A stretch of DNA of 64,000 bases. Source: Octopus vulgaris (Eukaryota). The DNA lies in NCBI GenBank assembly GCA_951406725.2, contig OX597819.1:128588001-128652000 (forward strand), written 5' to 3'. Below, piece by piece: positions 25,001 to 36,200 of the stretch. The stretch's first letter is position 1. Every line of letters begins with the position of its first letter. Both the position numbers and the translations under genes were made by a program. The notes under the pieces are model-generated. The model ran no database searches. It saw only the letters and a program-made list of their open reading frames with translations, and had not been told where the DNA came from.

Positions 25001-28000
25001 AGCCTGGTGCAGCCATCTGGTTTGCCAGCCCTCAGTCAAAATCGTCCAACCCATGCTAGCATGGAAAGCGGACGTTAAACGATGATGATGATGTGTGCAG
25101 GAGGAATAACTCTCTTGTTATTGATAGTCCGTGGGGCTAAGTGAATAGGAGAAGTACAAAGTTTCGACTTTGTGGAAATAAACTGGGAAGATATGGGAGG
25201 AAATGATCAAATCTGGCAATGTTGGGCCAACTCAGTTGATGTGATTACAAAAAATGTTGGTGTTTAGAGAGGAGAGGTGAGAAAGATGGGAAAAAGACAC
25301 GTCTAGATTATAGAAATGATTTGTCAGTTTTTTGTCTGTGGTAAAAGCAGCATGATTGCAGAAATGGTGGAATACAAAAGCTGAAATAAAATGACTTAAC
25401 AATTTTTGTCTTACCTTTATGTTCAAACCCAGCATGGTTGATTCTGCTTCAGTAAAACAAGTACCTGTAATATTTTACATTCAGCTTACACTGTCTGACA
25501 TTCTGACATTCATCTGTTGGCTGCAGATCACAATTTTTGCATAGCTGACAGTCTTGCTCTTTCAAGATAGTACTGAACTGCATTGATGCTACTAAAAATA
25601 TCTGTTTTCCTTTTAGCCTACATCTTAGCATGCTTTTCCTCTCACCATCTAGCATGCTTTTACCTTCTTGCAACCACCACAAGAAGCTGTGATCAGCTGT
25701 AACTATTTCACTATAAAGGAACAATTTTGTTTCACCTTGGTTTCGGATTTGCTATTTGTAATCAACTTTTGCCTTTCTTTTACCTGCCTCTTTCATATCC
25801 ATGATGAAGCATGTTTTGTTTCCCTCTCCTTTGCAAGAATCATTATCTTGTCCTTCCTAAGACTTATGCAGGTTGTTGATTCAGTTGAGCACTACCTGTT
25901 ACCGTCATATGCCAGGGGGCAAAAACTAGAAGTAGTTGATAGCTTCCGTTACCTAGGTGATCAAATCTGGGCAAAGTTCAGAGAACTCCTACCTCTGCTG
26001 GTGACAAAGGGCCTCTCACTCAGAGTAAAAGGTAGACTGTATGATGTATGTGTGTGAACAGCCATACTACATGGCAGTGAAACATGGGCTAACCCAGTAC
26101 AACCTTGTCACATGGTCGGGTCGTTGGTGACTAAACTGGCAATCCCATCAAGCTTGCTTGGTGAAGAGGGTGATTGTTGGACACCCTGTGGGATGAAAAA
26201 TGAGACCTGTCAGAGGGCAGAAGAACTACTGTGGTCAACGGCCAATTCAACAAGTACCTTGTCGCGGTGAAGTGCCTGTGTGATCCATTGACCCGGAGAG
26301 ATATGCTGGAGAGAGAGAAATCTTCAGGCAGGTCTTACCAGGCCAGACAGGTCGAAGGGTAGGAGGCAGACAAAAACCTTAAAGACGATAAATCGAAGCG
26401 TCGACAGCAGGGCGTGGATTTAGTTATCGGCAGGGGACCTAACAGATCAGATTCCTGGCTTTGAACTAGCAGGGTGTCATGCAGAGGATCTTGAGTACAA
26501 GACAATGGATGAGACCCTAATATTCCTAGTTAGATGGAAACTGTGGGACCCATGGAGCAGCACCATGTGACTCCTATAGTATGTGCAACCACAACCCTTA
26601 AATGGGGTGTCCTATGGGAGAACCTAGATGAGATGACTGTATTCCTACATATACACCTTCTTAGGAGGCTTATTTGACAATATATTCCATCTTGATATTG
26701 TTGTCCTTCACAACCCATATGCTAAAAACCCAAATTTATAGTGTTTTCTAACCTAAGTAACTAATCATTCATCATCATCATCGTTTAACGTCCGTTCTCC
26801 ATGCTAGCATGGGTTGGACAGTTCGACCGGGGTTCTGGGAAGCCAGAAGGCTGCACCAGGCTCCAGTCTAATCTGGCAATGTTTCTACAGCTGGATGCCC
26901 CGCGTGACTAAAGTTTTGAATAGTGAGCTCATACACCCTAAGTTCAAATTCATTGGTGGCATTTTTCTGTATCATCATCATCGTTGTCGTTTAGCGTCAG
27001 CTTTCCATGCAGGTATAGGTTGGACAGTTTGAGGGCTGGCAAGCCAGAAGGCTGTACCAGGCTCCAGTTGTCTTCCACATCATGTGATGCTATATCCTCC
27101 TCTATTTCGTCAAAAGCTTTGAGTAATACATCTCTAAATCTCTGTCCATTCACAGGATCCTTAAGCTTCCAGACCCTTCTTCTCCATGCTGATCGTCTTC
27201 TAGGCATCCATTTACCCCTGATTCTGAAGTCACTAACTACTAATCTATGTTGTGGGGTGCATTCTTCACCTGGGAAGGTTTTGGCATTTATAAGTAGCCA
27301 TCTGTCACGTTTCCTGGCTAGGATGTAGTCAACTTGACTGTATATTTATGGAAGACTTAATTATCTGAACTACATAACAGAGATCCTCTTAGAATGTATT
27401 TCAGAATGACTGGTATCCTGTGCATTCTGAGATTCATCTTTTTTTTCCATGATATGAAACCAAAGCTGAAGAACACGTTCTGAAGATTCTCTTGAACTTT
27501 TATTGAGATATATTTATTGTGCAGTAGAAGTTTAGAGCTAGGCAAAAGTCTTTTGTGGCTCAAGAGGCATAACAATAATGTATAGGAAAAATTATTGATT
27601 ATTCTCGTTTTGAAATAACGAAATAACTTGTCTGTGCTGTTTTGTTGTAAATTCATATTTATGAATAGTTATGGTTTATCTAGTTTCAGTAGATAACTTT
27701 TCAATGATGACTTTTTGTTTCTTTTTCAGGAAAGGTTGGGAAATTTAGTCGTTACGATGCTGATGAAGATTCTGAAAGTGATGAATCTGTTTTAGATTCT
27801 TCTGATCTCTCCTCTCCTACAGTGACCCACACTGCAAACAACAACAACAGTAAATTGGAGTCTGACTCCGATTCAGATTGCTGTCTTTCACTCACCTTAG
27901 ACACCCGGATTGTCACTCAAGAACGACCTCTGGAGAAAGATGAGAATTCCGACACCGAAAGAACTGTGGATAGTATTTTGTTTGAAGATAAACTTTCAGA

Positions 28001-30191
28001 CTGTTTATTACAGGAGTATGATGAACCGTTGTTGGACATTGAAGAGAATGGTGATATTGATGATGCGATTGAGGGGAAATCACCTGAAAACCTCACCCCA
28101 GAAATTCCATGTTCTGAGTTGCTTGATGCTGATCCCCTTGATTCGGAACCACTTGATTCTGAGCAACTTGACGGAGGACATTCCACAGGACTTGAAGTCT
28201 TTGAGGCAAGGAAACGCAAGTTTGATTCCACCAAAGAAATATCACCTTCTGAATTGAAAAAAACTATCTCCCTGAAGGGCATTGTACCTAAATCTAGAAA
28301 ACATCGTAAACACCACCGAACAAGTGATGCATTACATTCCAGCAGTGAAAAGGAATCGGTATTACACTCACGTGATCTGAGAGAACGAAATTATGATGAG
28401 GCTGATACTTCAAAGCCTTTGTCATTCGTCAGTCAACATCGAAGAGAGCGTGGACATCGAAGAGTCCACAAACGTTCGCGTAGCCGCAGCGAGAGCAAAT
28501 ACGGTGGTGGAAGCTTGTCTGATGATGTTAGCCAATCATTACAGAAAAGAGATAAAGTGTCCGTTCGACAAAGACGGTCTGGGAGTAGTTCTAGTAGTAA
28601 ACGTTTTGTTTACCCTGTCTCGAATAATGAGGGTAAGCAAAGGAAAGTTATTCAAAAGGAAGATGGCAGCAGTTGGGTCTGTCGTAAAATTATTGCAAGC
28701 AAATATTTATCTGATCAAAGTGACTCTGAGGAATGCAACGAGAACACATTTTTAAAAAAACATTGTCAGTCAAATTCTCGCAAATTTGATCTTTTGGACT
28801 CAGTTAGTTCTGTGAAACAGGAGCACAAACCCAAATCCGTGCTGGCACATAACAGAATGCAAAGTAAACACTCAGCTGTGAGAGGTTGGATTAGCCTTAT
28901 GGAAGATCGATCAAAAAGAAAAAGGATTACAAAAGATTCTAGCCGACATCTACAACAGACCAGTGAAGATCAAACTTATTTAGAAAGGCCACCGAAAAGC
29001 CCAGTGGTGAACATTACTTTCAACTCAGGTTAGTTGTAGAGATTTTTATTAAAAAATATGCTTCTTTTTTTTATTATTTACTAGCAGTATCACCCGGCGT
29101 TGCTCGGGTTGGTAAGGGAAATAACTATATAAACATTTTTAGAGAGTTATAACCAAAAAATAGTAAAAAAATGCATTAAAAATGGAAAAAAAATGATGGT
29201 AAATTTTTTTTTAAATCGTTGACTCATCGTAGACATTTTTAGAGAGTTACTTCCCTTATATAATAGCGAAAAAATGCATTAAAATGGAAAAAAATGATGG
29301 TAAATTATTTTTAAAATCGTAGACTCATCGTAGATGCACGCTAATACCCAGAAGGGCTCGATATGAATCACGACTATAAGATACTCGGTTTTGGTTAAAC
29401 TGCACTGCAAAATGTGGAAGTAGTTAAGAATCTAAATCGTAGGAGACAGACTGCACACAACCTCTCTTTTATATATAAAGATTAATGCTTTTCACTGGGG
29501 GTGTTTATTCAAACTGGTGTAGTTTTATTTGATAATGATTTTGACGAGATATGAGCTTTCAACTTAGACTTTACAGAGAACAATGAATAGGCTACTCTTT
29601 CTCGAAAGATAAACAAGGAAGACAAAACTATTCTCCCAGTCAGAAGGCAGTAAAAGGGTGGAAAATTTTGATGTGAATGCAAGAAAAATTTTTTAGTGTG
29701 TTTGTTATACATTAGGCGCAGGAGTGGCTGTGTGGTAAGTAGCTTGCTTACCAGCCACATGGTTCCGGGTTCAGACCCACTGCGTGGCACCTTGGGCAAG
29801 TGTCTTCTGCAGTAGCCTCGGGCTGACCAAAGCCTTGTGAGTGGATTTGGTAGACGGAAACTGAAAGAAGCCCGTCGTATATACGCATATATATATATAT
29901 AACATAAGGGACTAAAGCCATCTGAATATGGCTAGGGACAGGGCAGGGTGGTGGGGGTGTTACTGTTGCATTTAGCCCCAGGCGAACATCGACGTCGCCA
30001 GATAGGCCCGACACCGTCACGGTGACACCGTGACGGTGTTGGGCCTATCTGGCGACGTCGATGTTCGCCTGGGGCTAAATGCACAGTAACACACCCACCA
30101 CCCTGCTGTCCCTAGCCATATTCAGATGGCTTTAGTCCCTTATGTTATCGAGCAGTTACTGTCTATATCTCTTTTAGAGAATTATTATTGC

Positions 30192-30242
<51 letters not shown>

Positions 30243-33200
30243 CTGTGTTTGTCCCCCTAGCATTGCTTGACAACCGATTCTGGTGTGTTTACGTCCCCAT
30301 CACTTAGCGGTTCAGCAAAAAGAGACCGATAGAATAAGTACTGGGCTTACAAAGAATAAGTCCCGGGGTCGAGTTGCTCGATTAAAAAGGCGGTGCTCCA
30401 GCATGGCCGCAGTCAAAATGACTGAAACAAGTAAAAGAGTATTAGTCTGTTTCTGTTTTTCTTCTCTATTTCTCTCAGTCTCTCTCGATCGAGGTTTTAG
30501 GCCTTTTTAAGTTGTTGAGGGCCGTTTGTCCCTTATTGCATTAATATAGGAGACATCAATATTTCTCTTTTTAAAGATGGTATGCACTAAATAGTCATCA
30601 TATATATATATCCATTTTCCCATGCTGGTATGGGTTGGATGGATCTATCCCCGTGCTGTGTCTCAAGTCTTGTGGTTCTTTGTTCTTTAACCCTCTCAGA
30701 CTTGGGCCCTTGTGTCTAACTTTGCTAAGATAAATAATTGCACATACAGCTCAAGAGTAATGATTGCAGGCAAACGAATGGATGGAATTGGCAGCATCTT
30801 TTTCCATGTGTGTTGTTCATTACTATTTTATCTGGAATCAGGCAGTGATGCTGTTTAACCTATTCCTGTTATAGCAGAAAACTGCTTGTTTTGTTGTTGT
30901 GTATGGACACCCTTATTATCAATGGTCACTATACAGCTTGGACTGGATGTATTTATCATGTCATAGGCATCGGAGAGGCTTTCTAGAATCCTCTTTACTC
31001 TGAATTAGAAATAATTTCCTTGTGACCCAGTTTTAATTCTCAGCTCATAGATTTTTTTTTTTACATTTTCATTAAAGCCTTTGGGATAAGTATAAATGTC
31101 TTAAATATCATTATTTGAAAGGAAAAAAAAAAGCTTTCTTTGTGAAACTGTAGTTTCTGTAAAAATATTTTTTAGAATCTTGATAGAAAGAATAAGTTGA
31201 ATATATTTATGATGATAGGTGCAAGTGTGGCTGTGTGGTAAAAAGCTTGACAGGTGAAAGGATAGAAGTAAGTTGGTCCCCTAGGTTTCAGTTCTATTCT
31301 ATATTACAAAATGCTAATCCAAACTGAAACCACCCAAGATGTTTGGATTGTCTCTAATGCTTAATAATGGTCGTATCTATTTCTTAAGCAGAATGTAAAT
31401 CCTTACTGGTCAAGTGAATTGACTGCAGTCATCATCGTTCATCATTTAACATCCGCTTTCCATGCTAGCATGGGTTGGACGATTTTGACTGCGGTCTGGT
31501 GAGCCAGATGGCTGCACCAGGCTCCAATCTTGATTGGGCATAGTTTCTACATCTGGATGCCCTTCTTAACCCCAACCACTCCGAGAGTGTAGTGGGTGCT
31601 TTTTACGTGCCACCGACACGGGGACCAGTCAGGCGGTACTAGCAATGACCTCGCTTGAATTTTTTTTACACGTGCCACTAGCACAGGTGCCAGTAAGGCG
31701 ACTTTGGTAACGATCACACTCGAATGGTGCCCTTTTACGTGCCATGGGTACGGAAGCCAGTTGGCTGCTCTGGCAATGATCATGATAGGATGGTGCTCTC
31801 GGCACCCTACTAGCACATGCACAAGTGCCAAAATATTTAATGAGCCAATGAAGGAATCCATCATCATTTTAATGTCCACTTCTCCATTGCTTACATGCAA
31901 TTAGATAGAGTTCATTGAGGTAGGTTTTCTATGGCAAGAGGACCTCCCTGTTGTCAATCCTCTTATTTCACCGAGCAAGACAATAATTGCTCATGGTGAG
32001 GCATGTTCTCAGAATATTGGGAATGACTGACATTGCTTTTATGAAAGCAACAACTATTTTACTACTATCATACTATGTCAACACAAGGAGACACAAACAC
32101 ACACACACACACACATACATACATATGTACATACACATATGCAGGGCTTCTTTCAGTTTCCATCTACCAAATCCAATTACAAGGGTATGGTCTGTGTCAA
32201 TGATTTCTCAGTCTTTTTAACTCTACAGTACACTAGAGATCAAATACAAATAAATTACCTCTATACTTTGCTTGGAAAGGTTTTCTTTTGTTTTTTTAAA
32301 TCCTTTGAGCTAAAAAATTTCAAAATCTCATTCTATTAGTCATACTTGTGTATGACTTTACTCTTTGCGGTGTTTTTACTGTTCACTTTCCTTGTTTGTT
32401 TGTGTTTTATCCTGTGGACGATGTATTTACTTTTGGCTGTTGTTATTGTCCTTCTTTATTTGACTTATTGCTGCATTGTCTTCTCTTTCACTCTTTTCCA
32501 GTGTGTTGTAGTACATCTTTGTACTATACAAGAAGCTCATTATCATCATCATTATTGTTATTATTATAGCAAAATTATGAGTAACACATTTTCAAAATGC
32601 CCTCAAGCATGTGGATTATCTAAAGACTTAAAAGGTCATCATCATCATCATTTAACATCCGCTTTCCATGCTAGCATGGGTTGGATGGTTCGACTGGGGT
32701 CTGGGAAGCCAGGAGGCTGCACCAGGCCCAGTCTGATCTGGCAGTGTTTCTACAGCTGGAGATGCCCTTCCTAACGCAAACCACTCCGTGAGTGTAGTGA
32801 GTGCTTTTTACGTGCCAGGCGAGACTGGCAACGGCTACGATCAGTTGGTGCTTTTTACATGCCATCGACACAGAGGCCAGTCGGGGCGGCGCTAGCAACA
32901 GCCATGTTCGGATGGTTCTATTACGTGCCACCGGCACTGGTATCACAACTACAATTTCCATTGATTTTTGAGCGATTTCGATTCTGATGTATTTTTAAAA
33001 TGTACTTTTAAAAATTCAGAGTAAATCAAGAATCCCCTTTAGGCAAATTGTTTCAAAACCACTGGTCTATTTGAACCCCGTCCTATTAGAAATCATTGTC
33101 ATTTCTCCCTGAAACTATATCCCCTGTCTTAAAAAAGAAAGGATACATTGGATAATGTAATCCTAGATATACCTAAAAAGAAAGATGGTTACAGCTAGAA

Positions 33201-36200
33201 TACCTCTGTTTATTGATCTCCTTAATCAGGTTTGATCTGGGGCAACCACCATCTGAAATATTTGGATTGTCTTTGATGTTAATGGTGATATTTATTCATT
33301 TCTCTTCACAAACTTTGCGAATCTTTAGGGCTAGGTAGGGGTTAGCAAAGTGAATTGACTTCTGTATGTTACTGAGTGCTTATACTGTAACAAGAGCGCC
33401 TCAACAAATTCATTCAACTAGCTTGAAATAGCAACCAAATCTTGCTCAGAATGCATCCAACATTTGTAAAGATGCAGACATTGGATAATATAGTCCCAGA
33501 TGTCCAAAAAGATGGAATTACCACAACTGGAATGCCTTTGATTATATCAGCTCAGTCAAAGCTGATTTGGATCAAAACAACAATAACAACAACAGCTGAT
33601 GTGAAGATTCAAGGGAATTGAATACATAATCTAGTTCCGGTTTTCTGTTATCATTTTTCAAATTTTCTTTGTCCATGTTTTTGTCAGCAGTTTTAGTTGA
33701 CCCACACATGTTGTTGACCGAGCATTTGATAGAGCTGGTCAAGGAAACTTTCTAAATCTACATTACCACTCTAGATACATTATTTGAGTTACTCATTTTT
33801 TTGTCTCTTGTCAGTGCTTATATTGTCTAATATTGTTAACCATACGTCCGCTTTCCATGCTAGCATGGGTTGGACGGTTTGACTGTGGGCTGGCGAACCA
33901 GAAGACTGGAGCCTGGTGCAGCCATCAGGTTCCCACCCACAGTCAAACCGTCCAACCCATGCTAGCATGGGAAGCGGACGCTAAACGATGATGAAGATGA
34001 TGATGATAACTCTTTGTTAATTAACAATATCTTCTCTTCATTGGCAGTCTATGGTATTTTGCTAATCAGTTCCTATTGAACATATTTTTTTTCCAGGTAG
34101 TCATACTTTTCAACAGAAAGACAGTGTGGAAGATCGGTTGTCTGCGCATCAGCGGTTAGGGGTGGTATCAAAATCAAAACAGGAGTCTTTTGAAAAAAGC
34201 AAGGAGAAGCACCACAGTAAAAAGGAGAGCAAGAAAACCAAAATAGGTAAAGTAGACCGTATTTAGTGCGAAATTTTTGATTTTCTTTTTTGTTATTAAT
34301 TGACTCTTTTTTTTTTTTATCAACAGCTGTTAATTGTATCTGTTAATTGTATCTGTCTCAATTAACCCTTTCAGTGCCACATTGACCACAACCTGGCTCT
34401 CCACCTTGCCACATCATTTTTCAGGGTAAAATATGACCTTTTAAGATAGCCAATATCATCATCCTTAGCAGCAATGCCATCACTACCAATTTCTCGAATA
34501 GAACCTTGCATTTGGTCTTAATAAAATATAATTCCCACTGCCTAGCTTTTTTTTCTATTTTTTTTTTTTTTTTTGCTTTGATATATTCTTGTTGGAATTC
34601 TTCCATTCCTTGGTTCCATTCCTTAGACTGCAGCCATGCTGGGATATTAACTTTAAGTGGTTTTGTTTTTTTTTTTTTGAGTAGATCAACTGCATTACTT
34701 AGTCTTACTCTCTTACTGAGGCCCTTGGTTCCCCTTGAAGTTTAGACCATGAACAGACTCCCTCCACTCATCTCTATCTTTTAAATTTCTGCAGCTTCTA
34801 GAACTTCTCATTTTCTTACTGGGATGGCAAGGTCGGTTCATTTTGCACTTTGTAGCAACCCAGGGCTGTTTTGTCCATTTTAATGCATAGTTCTAATGAT
34901 TCACGAAGCACATGTGGTTTTGCTCCATGGTCTCTGGAAAGTTATTGGCAGCTGTGTAGCAGTCTTTCAGCTTTAGCTACAATGCTTCATTCTCCCTTTG
35001 CTGGGTTCTTCCAGTCCCTAGAATTGCTTTGATATCTTGGTGGTTGTATAGAGGGTACAGGTTTTTTTTTCAGGTTGAGGTTACTAACCCCCATACTCTC
35101 TCTCTCTTTCTCTGTCTCACTGTCTCTATCTTTCTATCTACCTCCTCCTCCACTTATGCACTCACTCACATATCCAATGACCTTCTCTGTACAGTTTCAA
35201 TCTTCTACATTTCTCTAATTTTAGCTGTTATTATCTCTAAACATGAAAGCTAGAAGTAAACGACCATAGGAGCCAATTACAGTTAATGGAATAGTTGTGT
35301 GATGCAAAATGACAGTCATTGGTAGCTAACGGAACAAAATAATTGTGAATGCTATTAATCAATGGGTTTTGTTGTTCATCGTTAAGTCAAACTTAATTGA
35401 GAGAACTATGATCAAAGTCTTTCCACCCATGAACATCCCACCTTTTAGTATCTATGAATATGCCTCCCCTGGCATCCCCTGGCACCTGTGCCGGTGGCAT
35501 GTAAAAAGCACCCACTACACTCACGGAGTGGTTGGCATTAGGAAGAGCACCCAGCTGTAGAAACACTGCCAGATCAGACTGGAGCCTGGTGCAGCCTCCT
35601 GGCTTCCCAGACCCCAGTCGAACCGTTCAACCCATGCTAGCATGGAAAATGGACGTTAAACGATGATGATGATGAATAAGGTATTGCGTTATTCAGTGTA
35701 GTTTCTCCATTCCCAACACAATAGAGTATGATTTGAGGAGAATTTGTTTGCTATTTTTAGCAGTTATGTGGCCATTTAGTGGTTCCTTTGGCTTGTTTAC
35801 TCAGCTGTTGTCAAATATGGCAGTAAAAGAGTTAATCATCATCATCATCATCATCGTTTAACGTCCGTTTTCCATGCTAGCATGGGTTGGAATAATAAAT
35901 GTTCCTTCTCGAGCCATGCCAGGCTCATAAGGGCCGGTTTCCCAGTTTCAGTGGCGTAGAAATTCCCCACCTGGATGGGACGCCAGTCCATTGCAGGATT
36001 ACTCATTTTTGCCAGCTGAATGAACTGGAGCAACGTGAAAATGAAGTGTTTTGCTCAAGAACACAACGCATCGCCTGGTCCAGGAATCGAAACCACAACC
36101 TTACGATCATGAGTTCAACAGCCTAGCCACTAAGCCATCCTCCTCCAGTCCACTTGTTGCACATGATGCACTGAATTTGAACGTAAGACCTGTATTTTGT

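Noticed and set aside
27822-29033. Stand-alone 403-aa gene
   Set aside because: Starts at GTG; it is an internal exon (27730-29028) of the spliced gene
29899-30148. Parvovirus/AAV-like T-shaped terminal repeat
   Set aside because: The shape fits, but the arm encodes an RTE C-terminal motif and shares its tail with a SINE; no viral ORFs nearby
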